DNA of 64,000 nucleotides. Source: Eledone cirrhosa. Taxonomy: Eukaryota. Below, in pieces: positions 1 to 11,010 of the stretch. A model generated the notes under the pieces. It saw only the letters and a list, made by a program, of their open reading frames with translations, was not told the DNA's origin and ran no database searches. Location: contig OZ024743.1 in the NCBI GenBank assembly GCA_964016885.1, positions 122,388,001-122,452,000 on the forward strand, written 5' to 3'. The position numbers and the translations under genes were made by a program. The first letter of the stretch is position 1; each line of letters opens with the position of its first letter.

Positions 1-431
1 ATGTGGGAGCTAAGAATTTTAGTCTACGACTTCTGCTATACCATTTACGTGGTTTTGTCTTTGCGTGCTATTGTTCTCCACGCTCCACATATGACTTATT
101 ATCTTCGTTTTTTCTTTCATTGCCAGAGAACGTCTCTATGCACCACCTAAGAGAACATTAGTCTACGACCTCTTTTATACCATAAACGTGGTTCTGTCTT
201 TGCGCGTAATTGTTTTTCACCGCTCCTATTAATGACGTATTATTCGTTTTTTCCCGTTCTTTGCCAGCGAATGTTTCCACGAACCAAAGTATCGTCTTCC
301 TGTCTTCCTCCGGTTGCAACGTTTTTTGAAGTATCCAGTTCTGCGTTTACAGATTGACTTTGTTAGTTTCAGAAGATCCCATTAAGGGTGAAAGCAGCGA
401 TTCTTTGCTTAAACTTTAATCTGTTATTTTA

Positions 432-436
<5 letters not shown>
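1..436 (+). mobile_element. 3' tail of Penelope-like element family B (runs off the left edge), ending in (TA)n
   Basis: 268-436 is nearly identical to about 9331-9500, the tail downstream of the GIY-YIG ORF. It contains the same hammerhead-like motif at 365-415. Confidence 0.8.
365..415 (+). ncRNA. Type I hammerhead-like ribozyme, variant core CAGAAGA
   Basis: AGTTT-CAGAAGA-tCCCattaaGGGt-GAAAGCA-loop-TGCT-T-AAACT. Stems I, II and III can all pair; folded by eye. Confidence 0.55.
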
Positions 437-486
<50 letters not shown>

Positions 487-487
<1 letters not shown>

Positions 488-669
488 CGAGGGAAAAGTG
501 GTAATGAACCAGGTGGACCATAACGCACCAAAGTACTCAATACTTAGGGTAGTAGAGTGGGTAATAGGAGTAAGTAAGACCCCGACGGCTGAGCTCAAGC
601 CGTTTCGACGTACAGAATTAGCCGTCGAAACGGCTTGAGCTCAGCCGTCGGGGTCTTACTTACTCCTAT
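487..669. mobile_element. Short fold-back retroelement 3' end between two (TA)n tracts
   Basis: Inverted arms at 564-610 and 623-669. Other copies of the same sequence at about 3140-3240 and 25699-25823 also abut (TA)n. Confidence 0.7.
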
Positions 670-690
670 ATATATATATATATATATATA

Positions 691-1965
691 CATGGGTTGG
701 ACAAAATAATGGAAACACCTAGCATCATATCATCATAATTTTGAAATATCTATAAAACCGTCAAAAGCTTGTTTATTTTTATGGTTTTTGATTTATAATT
801 AGGGTTGCTTAATATGTTTTGTTAAAATTGCTGTTTCTCTTCAGATATCATCAGAAAAACGTAACTAAAATTCATTAAAATGACAGATCTATCGGACTTT
901 CAAAGAGGTCAAATTGTTGGTGTTCGTATGGCAGACGCTAGCGTAACGAAAACAGCCGAAATGTTTGGTGTATCAAGAAGTACTGTCTCGAAAGTAATAA
1001 CAGCCTTTGAGAAAGAGGGAAAAACCTCCTCGTCGAAACAAAACTCCGGAAGAAAACCAAAACTTTCAGATAGGGACCGTCGGACTCTTACGCGAATTGT
1101 TAGAAAGGATAAAAAAAAGTACAGCTCCCAAAATTACTGCAGAGCTTAATGACCACCTCGAGACCCCAGTTCCCACAAAAACTGTTTGCGGGGAGCTGCA
1201 CAAAGCCGGATTTCACGGGAGGGCTGCAATCAGAAAACCACTACTTTCAAAAACAAACGCTGCAAAGTGTTTAGAGTGGAGTAAAAACCTACAGAGTTGG
1301 TCCCTAGAGCAGTGGAAGAATGTTATTTTCTCGGACGAGTCATCCTTTACCTTATTTCCGACTACCAGCCGAGTATATGTGTGGAGACAGCCAAAAGAAG
1401 CATTTGACCCAGACTGCCTTCTTCCAACTGTTAAACATGGAGGAGGATGTGTGATGATCTGGGGAGCTATATCTTGGAAATCCGCCGGTCCAATGGTTTC
1501 CCTTCATGGCAGAATAAATAGTCAAGACTATTTAAGCATTTTATCCGATCAAATTCATCCCATGGTTGCGGAACTGTTTCCAGAGGGAAACGCAAACTTT
1601 CAGGATGATAATGCACCAATTCACACAGCTAAAGTTGTTACTGAATGGCACGAGGAACATTCTAGTGAAGTTGAACATCTTATCTGGCCACCACAGTCCC
1701 CAGATCTCAATATTATTGAACATTTATGGTGCATTTTAGAAAAATCAAGTAAGGAGTCGATATCCTCCACCATCATCACTACAAGAAGTGGAGACTGTTT
1801 TAGCTGAAGAATGGACAACAATTCCTTTGGAAACAATTCAAACTTTGTACGAGTCCATACCTCGTAGAATCCAAGCTGTAATTACTGCCAAAGGCGGTCC
1901 TACCCCATATTAAAATAAATTTGTTTGAAATTTTAAGGTGTTTCCATTATTTTGTCCAACCCCTG
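691..1965 (+). mobile_element. Tc1/mariner DNA transposon, full length (1275 bp)
   Basis: 30-bp TIRs at 691-720 (CATGGGTTGGACAAAATAATGGAAACACCT) and 1936-1965 (1 mismatch), TA on both sides, internal transposase. Confidence 0.97.
880..1913 (+). pseudogene. Tc1-family transposase (DD36E), two +1 frameshifts
   Basis: N-terminal HTH with GRKPKL, then VIFSDES, FQDDNAPIH, WPPQSPDLNIIEHLW and C-terminal KGGPTPY*. Frameshifts near the A-runs at about 1111-1118 and about 1740; about 343 aa when repaired. Confidence 0.93.
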
Positions 1966-2540
1966 TATATATGTGTGTGTATATATATATATCTATATAT
2001 ATCTATATATATATGTGTGTATATATATATATGTGTGTGTATAAACACAGTTAAATCTAAATATGACTTTTGATGATTTTGTGATTTAGATCCACTTTTT
2101 CCATACCATACTCTAGTTACCATGTTAAGAGTAACTTATTAATATAAGCCCCCGACAAGATGAAGTAAGATAAAAATTAAGTCATAAGCTTGATACGTAG
2201 CTGAAATGAAAAGCGTAGTTGTTGACTACGTACTTCATCGGGAAAATAGAGTAGGAACGAAGGAAAAAAAAGGAGAGCTGGTGAGAGGGATATATATCAT
2301 GTAATTATTGGGATATAATGATGTTTCTACTGTAAATATTTATTTGCATATTCTATGAAATCTCTGAGGATACAAGAATGAGTGGTGTTAGTATCTAATA
2401 CCAAATTCCTCAAGTCAATGCTCAGATTATTATAAACACACCTATATATCAATAATGGAGTTTGAGTAATAGTTTTCACCATTTTTATTCATTCCCGATA
2501 TATATTCGTTCATTCTTATAGAAAAATGTGTTAGAATAAT

Positions 2541-2726
2541 TGTTTCTACTTTTGGCACAAGGCCAGCAATTATTCCAGTGTATTACTGGTACTTTATATT
2601 ATCGACCCCGTAAGGATGAAAGGCAAAGTTAACTTCGGCGGGATTTGAACTCAGAATGGCAAGGGCAGTAACTCGTTGCTGCAAAGCATGGCGTCAGACC
2701 CTCTACTGATACTGCCATCCACCACC
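2541..2726 (-). mobile_element. tRNA-derived SINE with 14-bp TSD
   Basis: A-box-like TGGCAGTATC and B-box GAGTTCAAATCC on the minus strand; body GCCTTTCATCCTTACGGGGTCGATAA; TSD TGTGTTAGAATAAT at 2527-2540 and 2730-2743. Confidence 0.9.
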
Positions 2727-2779
2727 ATTTGTGTTAGAATAATGAAGTGTTTTAACATGTCCATCTTTGCTATTTGTCT

Positions 2780-2957
2780 CAGTATCAATAGAGGGTCGGA
2801 CGCCATGCTTTGACGCATAGAGTTACGGCCCTTGCCATTCTGAGTTCAAATCCCGCCGACGTTAACTTTGCCTTTCATCCTTACGGGTTCGATAAATTAA
2901 AGTACCAGTAATGCACTGGGTGATTGATGGCCTTGTGCCAAAAGTAGAAACAATTAT
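2780..2957 (+). mobile_element. tRNA-derived SINE (same family, slightly 5' truncated)
   Basis: B-box GAGTTCAAATCC, same body and tail GGCCTTGTGCCAAAAGTAGAAACAATTAT. Confidence 0.88.
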
Positions 2958-3139
2958 CTGTAGGCTGTGTCCCTCCGGATTTATGCGATCCGTCGGATTT
3001 ATTTAGTTTGACACCTCATACGTTTACGGTTTATACCTGTGATGAAAGGATTCGACTTGTAGAACTATATTCATACAGAGACCTTGTTGGCATAATCTTT
3101 CTTTTTTCCTGTAAAATTACCCTTGTTATATAAACATCT

Positions 3140-3239
3140 AGCCGTCCAAACGGCTGGAGCTCAGCCCACTCTACTTCCCTAAGTATTGAGTACTCTGGTA
3201 CGTTATGGTGCACCTGGTATCTTACCACACCCTCTTTGT

Positions 3240-3240
<1 letters not shown>
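3140..3240 (+). mobile_element. Diverged copy of the 487-669 element end
   Basis: GCCGTCCAAACGGCTGGAGCTCAGCC...TACCACACCCTCTTTGTT followed by (TA)n. Confidence 0.6.
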
Positions 3241-3272
<32 letters not shown>

Positions 3273-3289
3273 ATGTGTGTATATATATA

Positions 3290-3373
<84 letters not shown>

Positions 3374-3521
3374 GTAGATGTATATATGTATATATATATA
3401 TATACATATATAAACACGCACACACGCGCACACACACACACGCACATATATACACGCACACACACGCGCACACACGCGTGCGCACACACACAGACACACA
3501 CACACACATATATATATATAT
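3240..3521. repeat. Compound (TA)n/(TG)n/(CA)n microsatellite
   Basis: Dinucleotide runs read directly. Confidence 0.95.
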
Positions 3522-5292
3522 CGATTTTTATAAATGCGGTCTCTTTTCTCGTAAAACCATGACAACAGTGATATATTTTTACCCTTTTTTCAATTTAATT
3601 TATTGATTACAGTTTCTTTGTCGCTGAAAGCAATGAAATGTTTGACAAAGAAAAATAATACAAGATGCTAATTATAAGTTTGTAAACATAAAATAGATGG
3701 TTAAGGTGACCTAGATATTGTGTTCCGATTAGAGATCACGTTTAAGAGAATGGAAGTGAAAAACTGGCAAGGAAATTGGAACAGAATATGGACGTAAATA
3801 GAAACACAATGGTTATAACAGAAAATTGCTTTCAAGCTGTGTTTGCGAAAGACGTGTTTTCTCCAGGAAATATTTTCATTTTAGCAAATTAGAATATTTT
3901 TAAAACAGGAAATAACATGACACACTCTTATGGAAGGATACATGCTTCCTAATAGTTGAATCAGGAATTCCAATTGTACAAATATTATTTTTAATTTTCG
4001 TTTTTATTTCCTTTTCAAACAATATGTCGGACATATTTAGTAATAGAGTTACAATAACCTCATTTTTTAATGGATTAATAATTACCTACATAGAAACCAT
4101 AACGATCTTTAAATAAGGAGAACATGGAATCCCAATTAAAAGCACATTTTCGTTGTCCTCTTCGTATCTATTTTCCAGCCTGTTTTCATTTTAAATAACA
4201 CTTGTACTTAATTAGTAATAAAGTTATAGTGACCTCTATTTTTTGGAATACATACATTTAACAACAGCTAGGTTACAATACCATTAGAATATACATTTAT
4301 ATACGCGTACATCTAAACAAACACACAGTGACAACTTTACATATGCACGTATACACACGTGGACGAATACAGCCGTTCTAATAAATACACCAACGTACAG
4401 ATGCATATGCATATATAATAAATTGTTCAAACGAAGACATAATCATAGAGCCATATACACAGAGACGTTTATACAGGTACACAGAAACAAATACACTGAC
4501 ATAGTAATAAGGCAATTGGAATAGTTTATAAGAATACCTTCCCCACAATGATAATTTTTATACTTATCATTGCGCTCCACATAGAGTTGAACATTCTTTG
4601 CCTTAAACATAAGTGTTGAGTATAAACATTCACACGATAGACTTCCCACTGTAAGTATAGGTTTACACACGGAAACGTTTTAATAAATGTGTATGGTATT
4701 GCACAGACAACTCAGTCAAAGGAATGAACTGGAAGACATTCTTTTTTGACAAAGAAAACGGTAATGGATTAGAATCAAATATTCCTACGTAGTAATATAC
4801 TACTCGAACTGTTTGAGTAGGACATCGTAAGAATGATGAAAAATATAAAGGCGAATCGAAGAAAATATGTAACACGATCCATCAAAAATTGACAAACAAT
4901 ATAAAGAACGTTCAGAAAAATCAATAAAAATATTAGTAATGGCAAACAAAACAGAAAAATCAATCAAAATATTAGTAATGACAAACAAAACAGGAAACAT
5001 ATGAAATGGGCTGCAACATTTACCTTAACTTACTGACAAATATCATCACTAACAACTATAAAATACCACCACTAATAATACTATAAATAAGCAGAGTAAA
5101 ATAGACGACAGGATAGAGAGCCCAATAGTAAAAAAACCGTATGTAAATATCAATGATTTCAAACCTTTATGAATAATCCCATAGTAAGGCTCCTCTACAC
5201 AATAAAAGCAGTGTAAAACAGTATGAGTTAAAATCAACGATATCATCCACCAAATTCTAGATTGGCACCCTGGAACAACTGTGCAACAGTTA

Positions 5293-5478
5293 TAATAATT
5301 GTTTCTTCTTTAGGCACAAGGCCAGCAATTACCCAGTGCATTACTGGTACTTTATTTTATCGACCCCGTAAGGATGAAAGGCAAAGTCAACCTCGGCGGG
5401 ATTTGAACTCAGATCGTAAAGGGACGTAACTATGCTGGAAAGCATGGCGTCCGACCCTCTACCGATACTGCCAATCCA
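5293..5478 (-). mobile_element. tRNA-derived SINE
   Basis: Same family as 2541-2726. Confidence 0.88.
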
Positions 5479-6232
5479 AATGGCATACAAATAATAATGC
5501 AAGAATTTCTGTAAGTGTCATGCATATTGCTTGATTGCATGTGCCAAAGTTTATCAAGTAAGGGACTTTCTTTCTTTTATTATTTTGTACAAGGCTTCTG
5601 GCGTTCTGCAACAGTCTTGGTGCGGAATTTGGGTAGAAGTTGTTATTTATCATTCTGAATCTATTGGTTGTGGCAGTGTTGAGTCCTGGTGTTTATGGCT
5701 TTGTTTCTGTATCTAATGTAGTTAAAACATCTGTCTTATGGTCTTCTATACTATGTTTAAAAACGATTGTTGTTCAACTGCCGCAGTTAGTACTATTGTT
5801 GCGCGTTGTCTCTTCTTGGGGCAGTACGATGAAAGATATGATGTGGTATATAAATGGCACTAAACTTCGGCATTAAGGGTTATAGCTATTTCTGATTTGG
5901 CACCGCTGCATAGTAACACAGTTCTTAGCCTCTTCATCCAAAATAAGGAATAGATATTACAAAGGCCAATAGCTCTTCAATATCCTGTCCAAAACATTAA
6001 CAAATCTGTATGAAATGGATGTAAATGTTTTCAATAAGCATTGGGACATCTCGGATGAGCCTAAACAAGAAAAAGAAAGGAGAGTGGCAATATCACGTTT
6101 CTGCGCTTATCAAAAACCAGCTAGAAAACGAGGTCTAGGAATAGTGTAGCAACAGTGAAAGCGGTGTCCCAGCATGGATACAGTTTGGGACTGGAATGGG
6201 TAAAAGAATATAATATTATATATATATATATA

Positions 6233-6300
6233 TTAAAATAACAGATTAAAGTTTAAGCAAAGAATGGATTTTAGTCTTCAAATTTATTATTATTACTATA
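6233..6300. mobile_element. Miniature fold-back remnant of Penelope family B end
   Basis: 6233-6265 is the reverse complement of about 9464-9496, joined to GGATTTTAGTCTT.AAATTTATTATTATTAC (as at 9559-9589). Flanked by (TA)n. Confidence 0.6.
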
Positions 6301-6346
6301 TATATATATATTTAATTAGAAAGTGAACAACACAAGATATAACTAT

Positions 6347-6417
6347 TCCATTACCAAAGGTTTCTGGATCACAGACGATAATAATATAATATACGTGTGG
6401 ATCGGTCGTCAGACAGA
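6347..6417 (-). ncRNA. Type I hammerhead-like ribozyme (CUGACGA core)
   Basis: Minus strand: TCTGT-CTGACGA-ccGATC...GATCca-GAAACC-ttt-GGTA-ATGGA. Stem I needs two G-U pairs. Confidence 0.5.
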
Positions 6418-6657
6418 GATGTTATAGATAAAAGATATGAAATGAGATTTAAAATCTGTTAAAAATTGGAAGTGAGGCTGGAAAAATAACGGGAAATATA
6501 CATAAGAAAAGAAGCGTAAGAAAAATAATATATAAAAAATAAAAATATATAGCAATATAGAAAAAGACATATGTGTACACACATATACGCACATTCAGAT
6601 AAAAGGAAAAAAAAATATATATGTACATATACATACATGTATATATACATATATATG

Positions 6658-7197
6658 TACAACATTTTTAACAGAACCTGTGTCAAGATTAGCTATTCTT
6701 GCAGTCCTTCCATAAAATCGAAAATCACCACCGGAAAAACTGACAGAGGAATCCTAAGATGCTCATGCAGAAATCCAGGTGAATGTCCTTTGCAAGGCAA
6801 ATGCAACATTAAGTCGGTTGTATATGAGGTAATTATAACACCTATTCACACCAACCAACTTTCTACCGGAGAACGTCATGTGAGCATGACCCAGGATGCC
6901 TTTAAAAAAAGATACTATGCACACGTCGCTTCCTTTCGACACCAGGATAAAAAGAAAACTACGGCGCTGGCAAATAGAGTGTGGGAGATGAAAAAGCGTG
7001 GGATCCCATATGAAATTGATTGGTCTATTTTAGACCAATCAAAAGAATATGTTAAAGGCACAAGAAAGGCAAAAAATTTGAAATCTCCCAACACCTGCCT
7101 TAATTCTAATTCTGAGATATTAAAAATTTGCCCACATATAAGAACTCATCTCCTTTCTCGGCATCAAAACACCATTTTGGACACTTACCCACCTTGA
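6658..7197 (+). pseudogene. Penelope-like linker + GIY-YIG endonuclease fragment
   Basis: IFNRTCVKISYSC, CSCRNPGECPLQGKC, VVYEV...HVSMTQDAFKKRYYAH, LNSNSEILKICPH. The CxxC near the C-terminus is deleted. Confidence 0.85.
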
Positions 7198-7723
7198 ACA
7201 CTCTCCCCTTTTCAAACATTCAACACTTATCATAAATTACACCTTGAATACTCTCTCTTACTTTAAACACTATGAACCTTTATCACACATTCAACACTTA
7301 TATTAAGCCCCTATTTTATATTACACCTATTTTATTCATTTCTTCTTTTCCTTACAATCTTTCTTACTTTACATATTCAACACTTATTTTATTTTACTTT
7401 ATTTTACACTTATTTTACATATTATTCACTTTTTGACTTCATCTCTTCCTGAACATTCTCTCTTATTTTACCACCTTGGGCTTTTATCACATACTTTCAA
7501 CAACAAAATATTTTTACAGCTCTATTCTATACATAGAGCACTCGTTTTTCCTCTGCCTTTATCAGATTCTTTCAACAACAAAATATATTTATATATTTAT
7601 ACTTATATATTTTTAATGCTCTGTTCTATACGTAGAGCACTCGTTTTTTCCTTTGCTTTCTCTTGGGAATCACCTAACACATTTTTATGGATATTTTATG
7701 TATATATATATAATATATATATG

Positions 7724-7726
<3 letters not shown>

Positions 7727-7786
<60 letters not shown>

Positions 7787-7795
7787 ATGTGTATA

Positions 7796-7853
<58 letters not shown>
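7727..7853. repeat. (TG)n + (TA)n microsatellite
   Basis: Dinucleotide runs. Confidence 0.95.
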
Positions 7854-7858
<5 letters not shown>

Positions 7859-8311
7859 TAAAATAACAGATTAAAGTTTAAGCAAAGAATCGCTGCTTTC
7901 ACTCTTAACGGAATCTTCTGAAACTAACAAAGTCAATCTATAAACGCAGAAGTGGATATTTCAAAAAACGTTGCAACCGGAGGAAGACAGGAAGACGATA
8001 CTTTGGTTCGTGGAAACGTTCGCTATGCAAATAAGTAATGGTATAAATAAAACATATACTTAGCTCCCACATCAAGACGTAAAATATCCACGTATAGATC
8101 GTACTATCCATTAGGGTATAACGTGGGGCTGTAATACAGGAAAGTTTTGTGCAATTTATGTTTACAATCCGAAATTGCCTCAGATTTTTTGTTTAAGATG
8201 TGGTCTGTGGCGTAGAGTATTTCCAGGGCCTCAGCGGCGCAGAGGTCACATGGTCTTTTATTTCCGTTATACGATCTAGCCCTAGCTAGGATCTCCCAGT
8301 GTAACTTATAT

Positions 8312-9165
8312 ATTACCAAGAACCCGGTAAGAAACGTTTCGTTGAGGCTTTCCCGTCTTTCCACCAACGAGCGTATTTTCAACGACCATTCCACTTATTA
8401 CAATGAAGCTCTTGCTCAAAGTGGATTTGTCGATAAGGTAGCATATACAGAGTACGAAAATAGACCTAGAAGAAATAGATCCCGTCGCATTTGTTGGTAT
8501 AACCCACCATATAATATGGAGGTGGCCACACCTTTAGCTAAGATCTTTCTTTCCCTTATTACGAAGCATTTTCCCCTACACATAAACATAGTAAAATTTT
8601 TAATAGAAATACTATTAAAATTTCTTACTCAACGACTCCTAGCCTTGCACATAACATCACAGCTTCAAATTTAGCTAAACTACCTAGCCGTAGGAACACG
8701 TGCAACCCTGTAGTTAGTACTAACTGTAATTGTAGGAATCGGGTGGATTGCCCCCTATCCGGGAAATGCCTCTCTAGTAACATTGTCTACAAATGTAAGG
8801 TTGTAACACCCACGTCCCGTAGGGCCTACATAGGGTTAACCGCCAATAGATTCAAGCAGCGTCTTTACACGCATACCCATTCTTTTCGTTACCCTCTAAG
8901 AAGGAATATGACGTCACTTTCAGCTTATATCTGGAGTCAAAAAGACAACAACACCCAATATAAGTTACACTGGGAGATCCTAGCTAGGGCTAGATCGTAT
9001 AACGGAAATAAAAGACCATGTGACCTCTGCGCCGCTGAGGCCCTGGAAATACTCTACGCCACAGACCACATCTTAAACAAAAAATCTGAGGCAATTTCGG
9101 CTTGTAAACATAAATTGCACAAAACTTTCCTGTATTACAGCCCCACATTATACCCTAACGGATAG
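8312..9165 (+). pseudogene. Penelope-like RT C-terminus, Cys-rich linker and GIY-YIG endonuclease; one frameshift near 8575
   Basis: WYNPPYN...KHFP / HKHSKIFNRNTIKISYS, CNCRNRVDCPLSGKC, IVYKC...YIGLTANRFKQR, CDLCAAE, LNKKSE..SACKH. Confidence 0.92.
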
Positions 9166-9428
9166 TACGAACAATACGCGGATATTTTACGTTTCGATGT
9201 GGTAGCTAAGTATATGATATCTTTATACCACGTTATACCCTAATGGATAATACGATCTGTACGTGGATATTTTACGTCTTGATGTGGGAGCTAAGTATAT
9301 GTTTTATTTATACCATTACTTATTTGCATAGCGAACGTTTCCACGAACCAAAGTATCGTCTTCCTGTCTTCCTCCGGCTGCAACGTTTTTTGAAATATCC
9401 ACTTCTGCGTTTACAGATTGACTTTGTT

Positions 9429-9479
9429 AGTTTCAGAAGATCCCGTTAAGGGTGAAAGCAGCGATTCTTTGCTTAAACT
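9429..9479 (+). ncRNA. Type I hammerhead-like ribozyme, variant core CAGAAGA
   Basis: Same fold as 365-415. A third copy lies on the minus strand at about 7875-7925. Confidence 0.55.
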
Positions 9480-9586
9480 TTAATCTGTTATTTTAATAAA
9501 TATTTACTCTACGGTTCTTATATATTTGATATATATTTATCCTTATCGAGCCCTCTTTGGATTTTAGTCTTGAAATTTATTATTAT

Positions 9587-9589
<3 letters not shown>

Positions 9590-9666
<77 letters not shown>

Positions 9667-9781
9667 GTGCATGTATGTATATATATGTATGTGTATGTAT
9701 ATGTATATATATTTTTATATATATGTGGTTGCGTGCGTATGTGTATGTGTATTTATGTGTGTGACGTCTCCGTATCATTTC

Positions 9782-9860
<79 letters not shown>

Positions 9861-10160
9861 CGCGTGTGTTCGTGTCTGTATGTTTTTGCAGACTAGTGTG
9901 TCTATACACTTGTGTCTGTGCCATATATACATATATATGTATATATGCATATATATGTATATATATGTGCATATGATATATGTGAGTGTGTATATGTATT
10001 TGTATATGTCTGTATGTATGTCTATAGTTTTTATATGTGTGTGTGCGCGTGTGTGTGTATCTGTACATATGCGTATGTATATGTGTATGTCCGTATGTTT
10101 GTATATATATATATGTAATGTATATATACATGTATGTATATATACATATATATATATATT
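9590..10160. repeat. (TA)n and degenerate (TATG/TG)n microsatellite tract
   Basis: Low-complexity dinucleotide sequence. Confidence 0.9.
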
Positions 10161-10422
10161 TTCCTTTTATCTGAATGTGTGTATGTATGTACACGTATGT
10201 CTTTTTCTATATTGCTATATATTTTTATTTTTTATATATTATTTTTCTTACCCTTCTTTTCTTATGTATATTTCCCGTTATTTTTCCAGTCTTATTTTTC
10301 CAATTTTAAACGGATTTTAAATCTCATTTCATATCTTTTATCTCTAACATCTCTGTCTGACAACCGATCCAACGTATATTATATTATTATCGTCTGTGAT
10401 CCAGAAACAATTATTTTAAATA

Positions 10423-10442
<20 letters not shown>

Positions 10443-10455
<13 letters not shown>

Positions 10456-10808
10456 ACAGGAGGCTAGACTGGTGTAAATCCTTGAAAGGTTTATTATACT
10501 ATGATCATTTCAATGACCCGGTTCCATATGAATCCGGGGATATCATAAGTTATCCGAAATATAATGATGATATCACCGGATTCATATGGAACCCGGTCAT
10601 TGAAATGATGATAGTATAATAAACCTTTCAACGATTTACACCAGTCCAGCCTCCTGTTATTTTTATTTATAATTAGCTCCGTATTCGCACAACTACACAA
10701 ACGAAGACGGGTGAACTGCACTACGTTGAGTACTCTCCACAATATTACACCAACATTGACCATACGGAATGACCAATTCTATCCAGTGGTGAACCAACAA
10801 ACCTAAAG
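10443..10808. mobile_element. Fold-back element between (TA)n tracts (probable retroelement 3' end)
   Basis: About 100-bp inverted arms at 10443-10546 and 10566-10670, then about 140 bp of unique tail to (TA)n. Confidence 0.6.
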
Positions 10809-10830
10809 ATATATATATATAGTATTTAAA

Positions 10831-11010
10831 ATAATAATTGTTTCTACATTTGGCACAAGGCCAGCAATTACTCAGTACATTACTGGTATTTTATTTTATC
10901 AACCTCGTAAGGATGAAAGGCAAAGTTAACCTCGACGGGATTTGAACTCAGACCGTAAAGGGTCGTAACTATGCTGGAAAGCATGGCGTCCAATCCTCTA
11001 CTGATACTGG
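10831..11010 (-). mobile_element. tRNA-derived SINE
   Basis: Same family as 2541-2726. Confidence 0.85.

Larger units (their letters stand above)
7855..9590 (+). mobile_element. 5'-truncated Penelope-like element family B with inverted 3' duplication (7855-8311)
   Basis: 7855-8311 is the reverse complement of about 8959-9500 (one tail subrepeat fewer). The forward part 8312-9590 encodes RT C-terminus, linker and GIY-YIG. (TA)n on both sides. Confidence 0.92.
6311..10408 (+). mobile_element. 5'-truncated Penelope-like element family A with inverted tail copy; interrupted by a family B element
   Basis: 6360-6655 is the reverse complement of 10118-10408. GIY-YIG remnant at 6658-7197. The microsatellite-rich tail is interrupted at about 7855-9590. 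Confidence 0.65.

Noticed and set aside
3031-3606. YI/CV/HT-rich ORFs here and at 7433-7874, 9518-10320, 25711-25990 and 43414-44000
   Set aside because: They are translations of dinucleotide microsatellites.
8700-9165. Selenocysteine recoding, as reported for some Naiad-clade Penelope elements
   Set aside because: The conserved Cys positions seen here use TGT/TGC; there is no in-frame TGA.
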